A stretch of 64,000 nucleotides of DNA from Vermamoeba vermiformis (Eukaryota), in assembly GCA_045837725.1 (NCBI GenBank), contig JBEWZL010000235.1, positions 62,001-126,000 on the forward strand, written 5' to 3'. The position numbers were made by a program, and so were the translations under genes. This document shows, one piece after another, positions 27,637 to 38,769 of this stretch. The notes under the pieces were generated by a model that saw only the letters and a program-made list of their open reading frames with translations, made no database searches and was not told the origin of the DNA. How positions within the stretch are numbered: position 1 is the first letter of the stretch; every line of letters starts with the position of its first letter.

Positions 27637-30600
27637 ATGTCACAGTATAATACAAGATCTAGGGGACGTGCCCTAGAAGCAGATAATAATAATAACAACT
27701 CAAAAAAAAGACGTCGCAGCTCAGATTCGAATTCGGCAGAGCACTCAGGTGAAGAAAATGTTACCAAAAAACGTAAAACAGGTAAATATATATGCAAAAT
27801 ATTTTTTTAAACGTCACTGTATATTTTTTATAATTTTCTGTGTCGGATTCCACATTTGCTAATCCGCGCCAGATGGCAACAACAACGGAGCTGAACGTGA
27901 TGCTAATAGCATCAATAAAGAGGACGATCAACGTGACCACGCACCCGGCAAGTCCCGCTCCGAGAAGCAAACAGGTAAGTCTTGTCCGAATTTTTCAAAA
28001 TTCCGCATTTGCTAATCTCGCACCAGATCGCAACAACAAAGCTGAAGAAACCGATGCTGATAGCATCAATAATAAGGACGACCAACGTCCTCACGCGCCC
28101 AGCAAGTCTCGCTCCGAGCAGCGAACAGGTAAGTCTCATCTCGAATGTAAAGAAATTCCAATTTCGCTAATCTCGCACCAGATCGAAACAACAACAGTGC
28201 GGAAGCAGAAGCTAATACTGTTGATAAGGAGAATGACCAGCGTCCTCACGTGCCCAGCAAGTCCCGCTCTGAACAGCTAACAGGTAAGTCTCATCTCGAA
28301 TTAAAGAAATTCCAGTTTCGCTAATCTCGCAACAGATCGAAACAACAAAGCGGAAGAAACCGATGCTGATAGCATCAATAACAAGGACGACCAGCGTCCT
28401 CACGCGCCCAGCAAGTCCCGCTCCGAGCAGCGAACAGGTAAGTCTCATCTCGAATCTAAAGAAATTCCACTTTCGCTAATCCCGCACCAGATCGCAACAA
28501 CAACAGTGCGGAAGCAGATGCTAATAGCGCTGATGTCGAGAATGACCAGCGTCCTCACGCGCCCAGCAAGTCTCACTCCGAGCAGCAAACAGGTAAGTCT
28601 CATCTCGAATCTCCAAATCTAATTTTTTGCTAATCTCGTGTCAGCTAACAACAATAACGGAGCTGAAACTGATGGCAATAGCGCCGATGAGGAGGACGAT
28701 CAGCGTCCTCACGCGCCTGGCAAGTCCCGCTCCGAGCAGCGAACAGGTAAGTCTCATCTCGAATCTAAAGAAATTCCACTTTCGCTAATCTAGCACCAGA
28801 TCGCGACAACAAAGGTGCTGAAACTGATGGTGATAGCGCCGATGAGGAGGACGACCAGCGTCCTCACGTGCCTAGCAATTCCCACCCCAAGCAGCAAAAG
28901 GGTAAGTCTCATCTCAATCTGAAGCGAATTCGCATTCACTAATCCCGCACCAGATCGTAACACCAAAGCTGCTGAAACTGATGGAAATAATGCCGATGAT
29001 GAGGATGATCAACGCGCTCATGCACCTGGCAAGTCCCGCTCTGAGAAGAGTACGGGTAAGTCTCATCTCGAATCTCAACAAATTCCACTTTCGCTAATCC
29101 TGCACCAGATCGCGACAACAAAGGTGCTGCCAAGAAAACAAATAGTCGTAGCAAACGCACAAATGATCGCTCAAACATTTCCGACAAATCCGATGAAGAA
29201 AAAGAGCAAGGTAAGTTACATTTAAAAAAATCTTTGGTGATCTAACTCTGAATTTGCTCTGCAGGTGACTTAAGTGATGCAAATAGCAGCGAGGAGCGCA
29301 GCAATCATACTACCAGCAAGAATAGCAAGCCTCGCAGGGAGACAACAGCAAAGCAGCAGCAGGAAAAGAAAACTAAGCAAACATCCTTGCCCGAAGGTAC
29401 GTACAGCTGTAGACTTTACACTGTAAACTTTACACTGTAAACTTTACACTAACCGCGTTCGTTGGCAGGCTTACGTGACGCCTCAGCCCAACCATATGCT
29501 ACTGCAGATGTTTTAGCAACTGTCCACAAATCGTCTCTTGTTGCTGTTCTGGGGCAGGGTGAAGAGACATGGTATGCTATTGTGAAGGCACCACCAAAAA
29601 AGAAGACCTCTTCTGCACATCTGACTGTTGATTGGTTGGAAGTTGCACGAACAGCTAGCAATGGTGCTCTAATCCTTCAGAATTCCGATGAAAGTCCCTC
29701 AATCATTGAGCTCGGAGCAGTGTTGGATGTCGTGCGTCACACACCCTTAGTGGGTGGAACTTCAATGGTGGACAAGGCAGAACAAAAGAGGCTTGCTGGA
29801 ATTCGTAAGTCAAACAAAATATCATTATTTGCTCTAATTGTGGCAAAGGGGAGAGAATAGTGACCCAAAGTGCAAAAAAGAAGAGCAAAAAGGGAGCGAA
29901 ATCGTAAGTGAAACTGTAAACTTTACACTTTACACTTTACACTTTACACTTACTTATTTTCCAGGGTACCTATAGATGTTGAGGAGGAGATAGAAGAAGG
30001 CAAACCTGAACAAGCCCGTACTCCTGTATCTAAGCATAAAAAGGCACCTTTGTAAGCATATTAATTACACATATATGCACTGTTACTAATTGCACTAGGC
30101 CTGCACCAGCCAAACAACAAAAGCCTGTAGACAGTTACGATGCTGGGGAGGTTGGTGAATCTGGTGAAGAAGAAAATAACCTTGAAGAAACACCAACCGC
30201 CATTTCAGAATTTTCGCATGAATGTGGAGTCACAGTGTCTTCAGTCTATGAAAAAACTGATGCATGTAAGTGCCCCATTACTTGTTTTATTTAATCTAAT
30301 CTCTGTTCAAGGGGAACTCAGGCTTGGCAAGTTCATACTTTGGTTAACAAAAAGAGGAGTGATGCAAAAATCGTTTTTGCTGGGCCCTACTGGGCAAGCC
30401 AGGGGGGCTACCTCCTCTTCCCTGCACCAGTATTTATACTACCGTACGTGCCACTGAAATATGTAAACTGTAAACTTTACACTAACAATTTTACAGTAAC
30501 CCACGCTTTTCTGAATGTCAAGCTACCTACTGCCCAAAAAAAGCGTTCTGTGTTGCTTGGTGCTGGATTACCTGAAGGTGCACATCACAACTACACTTTG

Positions 30601-30771
30601 CTGCAGTACTCTTTCATTACAAAAGAGGTCGAGAATGAGACTCTTGCGTTCAAGACTTTGGCTACAGCTCATAATTGGATGCTTGAAAAGTCACTTGCTT
30701 TGTTTGAGTTCTCAGTGGGCGCAAAGAACAACACAATTTACATTTGTATTCCTCCATTGAGGCCATTTTAA
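27637..30771 (+). CDS. Accessory gene of the nested element with a 34-aa repeat region encoded by tandem exons
   Basis: ATG at 27637, divergent from the transposase ATG; NLS-like KKRRR and KKRK; consistent phase-1 splicing through the repeats; stop lies just inside the right TIR. Confidence 0.65.
27873..29210 (+). repeat. Tandem array of nine ~154-bp units, each a 102-nt exon plus a ~52-nt intron
   Basis: Each unit reads ctaat...cag|ATCGCAACAAC...GAACAG|gtaagtctcatctcgaat; exon starts at about 27873, 28027, 28182, 28336, 28491, 28646, 28800, 28954, 29109. Confidence 0.9.
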
Positions 30772-32224
30772 GTTTGTAACGTTAGAAGTAAAGTTTATTT
30801 TAAAAGTGTAAAGTTTACACTTTAATAGTGGGATATTTTTCACCTCGTTAAAAGTTCGTCCCCTTAACGCTGATATTGTCGAGAGAAAGGGATGGGAAGG
30901 CAAGGCGTACTTGGCATTTTACAAGATGGCACTATTTGTTTTTCGAGGATTGCTATCGCACGATGCAATGCTGTGCTGGTACTTGTGTTGCCCGTTTCTT
31001 ATCTGTTCTAATTACTAGCTTAGGAGAGCGCACTGCAGATTCATTAGGTACCTGTTAAAGCCATCAATAACAGTCAACAAATTAGAAAATTTAATGGCGA
31101 CGTACTGGCAATGGAAGAAATTGTTTATTAAACTATACGGAGATCCGAATGCCGACAATAACAGAGCCAGTAAGAAAGCAATGACCTTTATGAATTTGCA
31201 TGTAGGCGAACATTGGTCTCATTATATCAAACTCTACGGAATGCCCGCGGAATATTCCACGCAGCATTGGGAATCGCTTCATCAGCAAGTAAAGCACAAA
31301 AAAGAAAATCAAATCACAAGTCGCCTTATCTTGATATATCCAAGCAAATTATCGAACAACAAATGCTGCTTTATAAGTATGGAGAGATTGAGGTAAGCAA
31401 ATATATCATTTAGTTATAAAACTAATAATTTGAAGTCCTACATGCCCAACGATCATAAAGTGGAGCGGGTTGTGGTCGGAAAATGTACGTTGATGAACAG
31501 AACAAAACGAAAGTTAAATCCCGAGGTTGAAGCCATTATCATAGAATCATTACTACAATTGAATGTTCCAACCCAGTACACTCAGTACAGATCTCTAATT
31601 TTTGACGACCGCAAAATTGCACTGGGCGACGACTTCAGCTACAAGAAAGGAAACGACAAAGCCTTCGCAAGGATTATAGCAATTATCAACTCTACAGTTT
31701 TGGTTGGATTTGTAGGCCAGAAATGGAGCTCTACAGAGCCAAACATCGACGTGAACGAGACTGAATTCTACAGCTTGGCTGGACTTGAAGAAGAATTTTT
31801 TTTCATCGATGTCAATCTAACAAGAAAAGAGCAGATACTTCAAGTTCAGGAATCCTTCTATCTAGTTAACTTCTACTATTAAACCACCAGTAAAACATTT
31901 TTTAAAAAACATTTATTTTGCTTTTTACGAGCTTTTTCATTTCGTCGAGTTATTCATCTCCTACTTTGGGTAAACCTACCTCACCTACTCTGCATCTGTC
32001 CACCAGGGATATGTTGTCCCACGTAGTTGTAAATCTCTACGGGATCCCACCTCGGGATCCCGCACGTGCTAATGGATCACCCCCGAGATACGCGTTGGAA
32101 CTTTTTCTAGTGAAATGCATTGAACGAGGGAAATAAGCGTGGATTGATTGCATTGATTTGCGTGAACAGTTCAGCTGGTCGACTCAGCACTATGAAACTA
32201 GTTAGCTACGTATTATATTCATAT

Positions 32225-33591
32225 TGTAATGAAAATAGGTGACACTTGTCACGTGATTGTCAGTATTTAGTTACGTTACAAGTCGTCATTATTTGGTGAC
32301 CTTCCTATAATAAATATACACGCTATTTTCCTTACATTTGGTAGCGAAGCAGGCCCTCTCACTGGGTGGGAGGTGAGATCGAGTCGGATTGAGTGGATCG
32401 CGCGTTTGGAACGCGGATGGAGAAGTCAAGGTTGGTTTTGCCGTCGCTAGAGGAAGTGCGAGCGGCACGACGAGAATTGAAGAAGGAGATTGAGGTATTC
32501 TCTGGCTGGGCTCAGGGAAGTTTGCCGAAGAGTTTGCGAGTGTCGAATCTGAAGTTGGAAGCGGAGAAAATAAAGGAGAAGCTTGCCATAATTCAGAAGA
32601 GCATTAAAACGAGTAAGGAAAATTATAAGAAGAGAATTAAGAAGTATAGAAAAGAGATTCTTGGTGGATGCGAACTTTGGGATCTTGGAAAATTTGTTAA
32701 GAAGTTAGAGAAGACAGAGAGGAAGGTTACCCGCCTATGCGAAGAGGAGACGAAGCTAGGCAAGTTGGGAAGGAGATTCGAGAAGATTCTGGAGCGATTG
32801 GATCGCGCGAATGACGTCATCACTTTTTTATGGTCGGAGAAGTTCATGCTTATCGTTGCGAGTGCTTTAGAAAAAGAGTTTAGTAAGGTAGAAGCCCCTT
32901 TAGAGAAGAGAGAACGCGAGTCAAGTACACTAGAAGAAGTCAAGTCCAATCGAGTTGCGGATGCGCTACAGAACGCGGAGAAAATGAACGGCGAAGAAGA
33001 GCGAAGCAAAGAGAATAATATAATGAGAAAAGATACGTTTATTAGAGAGCCTTTAGTCGATAGTATTGACACGTCAGCAGATGTGACGGAGATTTTGTGG
33101 ACTGAATCTGAGATAACACGTCATCAAGAGATTAGTAGTGCGACCGAGCCGCAGGACTTGAAGTCAGAGACTGCCCCGACACAGAGGAAACAGGACCCGG
33201 GCCTACGGGGGCGGGAGAAATATTTTTAAATATAGAAAAGAGTGCGCGGAGAGATTAGATCCGAGCGAAGATTGGCCCAACGCTTTGAAGAGAAGAGCGG
33301 AGAGAGAAATAGATGATAGAGACAACGTTATTAACTGTAGAGGAGCGAGAGAGGAACGAGAGACGGAGATATGGAAATTTCATGTAAAGTTGAATGGCGA
33401 TAGAAATTACGTACCACTGCAGCCCTTCGATCCTGGTGGAGCTATGTTCAAGCCTTGGTTTACTCTGGGGAGAGGGAAATGTAATGAAAATAGGTGACAC
33501 TTGTCACGTGATTGTCAGTATTTAGTTACGTTACAAGTCGTCATTATTTGGTGACCTTCCTATAATAAATATACACGCTATTTTCCTTACA
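32225..33591 (+). mobile_element. Short non-autonomous LTR retroelement (TRIM-like) in a helicase intron
   Basis: Identical 112-bp TG...CA LTRs (32225-32336, 33480-33591); PBS TGGTAGCGAAGC right after the 5' LTR; PPT GGGGAGAGGGAAA before the 3' LTR; TSD ATAT. Confidence 0.93.
32393..33229 (+). CDS. Coiled-coil ORF inside the LTR element (gag-like or accessory)
   Basis: Intronless 278-codon ORF (first ATG near 32417), K/E/R-rich and purine-biased, between the PBS and PPT. Confidence 0.55.
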   Translation: MDRAFGTRMEKSRLVLPSLEEVRAARRELKKEIEVFSGWAQGSLPKSLRVSNLKLEAEKIKEKLAIIQKSIKTSKENYKKRIKKYRKEILGGCELWDLGKFVKKLEKTERKVTRLCEEETKLGKLGRRFEKILERLDRANDVITFLWSEKFMLIVASALEKEFSKVEAPLEKRERESSTLEEVKSNRVADALQNAEKMNGEEERSKENNIMRKDTFIREPLVDSIDTSADVTEILWTESEITRHQEISSATEPQDLKSETAPTQRKQDPGLRGREKYF

Positions 33592-36215
33592 ATATCAATT
33601 ACGTACCTGCTGTTCCCGTTAACAAAATGGCACGTGACGCATTCTGGATTTGAAAGTTAAATCAAGAACAGAAAACAAATGACACGTGTCACGTACCTTG
33701 ATTAAGGGCACGATGGTTTGAGTTCGCTTAGCCTTGTTGTTCTTCAGCATATGACTTTCATCGACTATAATGACTCTAAATGACTGCAACTGCGCAGTCA
33801 TTCGGATGCACAAGTCGTACGAAATAATCACGACTTTGTGATTGGCTGTTGATTCGCGACCGTTCTTAATTACTGTTATTTGTTCTCTTTGGATGAACGG
33901 AATGTTTCTTCCAATTTCCTAGCACCGTCGTTAGTTGAATTTTTTTTTTGACACATTGACACTCGTTAGTTGTTGGTGCTTCGTACCTCAGCCCAATTGT
34001 TGCACGCCGATGCAGGGCAGATAATCAACAAGGGCCACTCGGTGCAATAATAACACGCGATTGCCGTTGCTAAAGCGAAGTTATGTAAGTGCGGACAGGT
34101 GACCAAAAGAGCGAGGTGCACACGTACCTTGGATGGTTTTGCCGAGACCCATCTCATCGCCAATTAAGACCTTCCCACCCTTTTTCACAGCATACAACAC
34201 ACCTTGTCGTTGATACTGATACAGTGACTCCCACAGCTCTTCAGGCAATCGTTGCTTAACGTCGTCAAGTGTCCATTGCTCGCTGGCACTCGTGTCCGCA
34301 TTATTGATAAACAAGTGCACGATGTTGGCTGGTAACTCTTGGACTTTGACATACTCCAACTGCTTGAGGCCGCTGACTATGGTATGATATTGACTAGTGC
34401 CAATATAGTACTCGAAATCGGCTGCAAAGAGCGAGAGTTAGACATGAAATTGGATCTCGTGCAGAACTTACATTTAACTTGCGCTTGGTTTTGCTGCAAA
34501 ATATTCTTAATCTTATCGATAATATTCATTTGCAGACTATTGTTCAGATCTACGTCGTGCAGTATCATATTTATGGTGTCTGGTTCCACTAGCTCGAATG
34601 AAATTCGCGTGACTTGCGCGACTTGAGGGGCAATGTAATTATCATTAGACCGACTTGCAAATGGATTGTAATATGCAGTAGAATTTTGGTCGTAATTTGG
34701 AACTTCGCTGGGTTGATCTGGTGGCAGATTCGTGGAATTTGGATCTTGTTGCAAATAAGTCTCGTTTGATGTCTGACATGCTTCATAATTATACTGAATA
34801 TTATTTTGATCGTTATATGAATTATATTGTGGTTCTGCAGGTGTCACAACCGATCTACCAAAATAACTTCCTGTCTCCTCTTGCGGTTGCTCCACCACTG
34901 GCGCCGCAGCAACATTATTTCCACTAAAAATTAATTATTTTAATTTTTCTTAATTTTGAAACGCTGTAGACGACAGATCTTCATTATTACTCACCCTGCC
35001 AAATGCCAAGTGGAAGAATCAAAAGGATTGTACGCCATTAACAATGTTGTAGTTGAATATATTTAGTAGTAAATTAGTTACTCGTGGTCCATCGGTCGCG
35101 AAGTTCAAACTCAAAAACGAACGAAGGAAAAAAGTGGCAATTGGCTCCCAGGGAGAGAACAGATACACGAACCTAATAATGGAACTATAGCAAGTCATTC
35201 TTGTGTATTGGCGGTCATATCAAAAGGCCGAAAAAATTGAGAATGAAGTTTCAAATTCCGTTTCGCACGTTGTACCGAACAATTTAATTTTCCCTATACA
35301 AACACCACGCACCTGCAACAATGAGCTTTAGATCATTTGGCTCCTCGGCCTGGAAAGCAGTTATCTCCACTACTAATACGAGAACCGCTAACATTGACGA
35401 TCCGTTCAGCGCTGCCGTGATTTCAGGCAACGACTTCCAGCCGTACAGCGCTACCACTACTCCTTCTGGCACTGACTACCTCTTTGGCGCCTTCTTGAAT
35501 GGAACTGGGGATAACAATCCATAAACAACCGATACATCAGTTTGCTAATCGTTCTTGTGCTGATAAACTCTATTTAATTGGCACAAGAGCGGTAATTGTA
35601 TTGGCATTGTAGTTCAGTAAATTAATTTAATTTAAAAAGCGAAGTTTAACCGAAGCACATCGGATAATCCAAATGCAGAACAATAATCTAATTGTTAGCA
35701 GTTACACTACTGGAACATCGATAACAGTTTCTCGTTGGCCAACTCTCGAACCTTCAAACTACACTAATCATCTTTTAGCAGTATCTCCTACAGTGCGACC
35801 AACACTACGCAAAGGACTGGATTTGGTACTGTGTCTTCTTGAATTCAATGCGGCCAGTGGTGAATTGCTCCTAACAGAATATTGAATGTTATCTTATTAT
35901 GACGTGGTGCAATTTGTGGACTGTGCGGTTACGTCACCAACAAAATCTTCGTAACAAAACTCGGTCGCCCTATAAATTCATTACAAATTTCTAATCGCAC
36001 TATAACACCACAATAAGGTTAGTAATATTATATATTGGCTTCACAGTAGGCTATGATTGTTTGATGAAGAGGTGTTTTACTTAAATTCATGAAATAAATT
36101 GCAACTCGTTAGATTCATTAAAATTTGATTTTAAATATTTTTAATAATTAATATGCCACCAATAAGCATCAAATATTACGTTAATGGCGATTTTTAATTC
36201 GGAAAATTTTTAGGG

Positions 36216-38686
36216 ATGGACAAATTATCCGCTGAAGTTCAAAAACTCGCTTCTCAATGGCTTAAATGGGACCCTAACCCTGACACTAAGAAGGAGATCC
36301 AAGATTTAGTCGATAAAAGCGATGAGGCTGAACTCAGGAAGAGATTAGTGAACCGCATCTCGTTTGGTACTGCAGGTAATTCCATTTCCTTTTCGTACAT
36401 AATGTCACGTATATTATATATAATTCTAATATAATTAGGTTTGAGAGAGGCCATGAAAGCTGGATTTGCTTACATGAATGATTTAACTGTCATTCAAGCC
36501 TCGCAAGGATTTTCTACTTATTTGGAAAAGACCGTGCCCGGATCAAAAGATCAAGGTACACTATACATAAGTTAAATCAACTCTTGGACTAATAATTGAA
36601 TTGAATAGGTGTTGTGATCGGCTACGACGGTCGTCATAATTCTCAACGCTATGCTCACCACAGCGCCAATGTATTTTTATCTAAGGGATTTAAAGTCTTC
36701 CTATTCAATCGTATGTGCGCTACTCCTCACGTCGTAAGTACAAAATTTTTAAAATTATTTTTTATCGTTCATGAAATTTACTAATTTCTCTTGCAAATAC
36801 TTTAGTCCTTTGGTGTAGTCGATAGAAAAGCTGCAGCTGGTATTATGGTCACTGCTTCGCACAACCCTAAGAACGATAACGGTTACAAAGTCTATTGGAG
36901 CAACAGCTGTCAAGTACGTAAAAACTAAAAAAAAATTCATAGCGGATCTGCTTCGACCTTACGATTAGAAATTTATTTACGTGCGCTTTAACCTTTAGAA
37001 ACAACAGAGGATTTATTTGTATTTTTTTTGTTGAAAGTTCAATCCCGCTACTTTTATTGCACTAGCTTCGTTTTGTAATTGCCAATTAATTATTAATAAT
37101 TAACTTAATTTTTAGATTGTTGAGCCCCATGACAAGGGAATTTCCGAGTGTATTATGGCTAATTTAGAGCCGTGGCAAGTGGAAGCAGATCTGTACAAGA
37201 AGAGTTCTCTGTGCCACGACGACACGGAAGAGATTTTCAAGCATTATTTCGAGAAGATTCAAGAGTGGTGCTTCCATAAAGCGGAGAATAAGGCCAGCAA
37301 GATGCCTATTGTTTACACGCCCATGCACGGTGTTGGTCTCGAATACGCCACTCGTGCGTTTGAAGCGTACGGCTTGCCTGCCTTTGTGCCCGTCAAAGAA
37401 CAAATGCACCCGGACCCTGACTTCCCGACCGTTCCTTTCCCCAACCCTGAAGAGGGCAAAGGCGCATTGGTAAGTTGAATCAATTTTTTTACCGTTGATA
37501 TTTTTTTGCTGTGAAAAAATTCTCGTGAAATTTCGTAGTAACTTTGGATCGTAGAAATTGTCGATGGCCACAGCGGACAGCGTCGGTGCCAATGTTATCA
37601 TCGCAAATGACCCTGATGCCGATCGATTGGCTGCAGCTGAAAGATTGCCCTCGGGAGAATGGAAGATTTTCAACGGCAACGAGCTCGGCATTATTTTGGC
37701 TGATTGGGCTTACACGCAATACAAGGCCAAGCACCCTAATGTCGACAATAGTGCGTACTATCATATATTCGATTGAAACGATTCTGATTTAACTTTTAAA
37801 AGGCTCCCTCGTTGTGTTGAACACCACTGTCTCGTCAAAGATGTTGTGGGCCATGGCTAAGGCTGAAGGACTCTACTACGAGGTATAATATTAATAGACG
37901 CCGTGTGTTCATAGAACAATGTTGACTTGCCTAATTAGGAAACGTTGACTGGTTTCAAATGGCTCGGCAACAAGGCCCAAGACCTCGCCAAGACCGGCAA
38001 GAAATTTTTGTTCGCTTTTGAAGAGGCTATTGGTTATATGATTGGCGATATGTCCCTCGATAAGGACGGCATCAGAGCCGCTGCTGCATTCGCGGAAATG
38101 TCCGTACATTATTACTCGCACAACAACACCTTGGCCAACAGATTGAAGCAATTGCAAGAGAAGTACGGCTATTTTGCCAGCAACAACAGATATTACTTCA
38201 ATTACGATCCCTCCAAGTTGGGACCCATTTTCGATTACATGCGAAACGGCGGCAAATACTTCGAGTCTGCTGGTCGATTCAAGATCAAGGTACGTGATTG
38301 ACATCTTGACACTTGACACGTGTCATTTTAACGTGTTTTCTCTGCAGCACATTCGCGATTTGACTACACCTGGCTACGACACTCAACAGCCGGACAAGAA
38401 GCCTATTTTGCCTGTCAGCCGCGGCAGTCAAATGATCACTTTCTTCTTCGAGAACGGCGCTATTTTGACACTCAGAGGCGCGTAGAATATAACCGCTCAG
38501 CACTAAATTCGTTGCTAACTTCTTTGTTTAGGCAGTGGCACTGAACCAAAGATCAAGTACTACAGTGAATTGCAAGGTACTGACGTTGAAGCAACGAACA
38601 AAGAACTCGCTGAGCTCGTGCAAGCTGTCATTCACGACTTTTTGCGACCTGAAGCTAACGGACTCGTCAAGCCTAGCGATAACTAA
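36216..38686 (+). CDS. PGM2: Phosphoglucomutase-2/phosphopentomutase
   Basis: [68 protein letters not shown]. Confidence 0.93.
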
Positions 38687-38769
38687 ACTAAATTTATTTA
38701 ATGCATATGATTACTGTTGATAAAATTACATAAATCACTACAATACAAATCAAAGTACAATTGAAATGA

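Larger units (their letters stand above)
24746..30862. mobile_element. Mutator-like (MULE-clan) DNA transposon nested in the CACTA transposase
   Basis: About 75-bp TIRs starting GGGACGAACTTTTAAC (24746-24820, 30788-30862); flanking duplication cttaacgt/cttaacgc (8 bp with 1 mismatch, or a perfect 6-bp ttaacg with a terminal TIR mismatch). Confidence 0.88.
23160..31882 (+). pseudogene. EnSpm/Plavaka-like DDE transposase of the CACTA element, split by the nested Mutator-like element
   Basis: YSDFTSG, LYWDDTG, GPLWIGISN, LGDAPA, CSSPCRLC upstream; frame continues PSLN|ADIVERKGWEGK across the insertion; MNLHVGEHWSHYIKLYG...STQHWESLH downstream. Confidence 0.85.
15374..32112. mobile_element. CACTA/EnSpm (CMC)-type DNA transposon, 16.7 kb including the nested element
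   Basis: Begins CACTAGAA at 15374, ends TTCTAGTG at 32112; 3-bp TSD AAA (15371-15373, 32113-32115); excision restores the helicase codons GCA TTT GGA CTG CGT TAT TGC; encodes an EnSpm/Plavaka-like transposase. Confidence 0.93.
13995..35038 (-). pseudogene. SMARCAL1: SMARCAL1/ZRANB3-like SNF2 annealing helicase, disrupted by an exonic CACTA insertion and carrying an intronic LTR element
   Basis: LYQYQRQGV, GDEMGLGKTIQ, WPLLIICP, IIVDESHMLKN, LLTGTA|VLSRPAELFTQI, FPSFNAF|[insert]|[56 protein letters not shown]. Confidence 0.88.

Noticed and set aside
27873-29210. CRISPR-like array
   Set aside because: The entire 154-bp unit repeats with no unique spacers, each unit has splice signals, and the context is eukaryotic with no cas genes
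24739-30867. piggyBac/Kolobok assignment based on TTAA at both flanks
   Set aside because: The duplication extends beyond TTAA (ttaacg), the left TIR does not start right after TTAA, and the transposase motifs are Mutator-like
35321-35885. Short ORFs of 67 and 70 aa between the helicase and PGM2
   Set aside because: No recognisable motif or splice support; the first may be a real small gene but cannot be supported from the sequence alone
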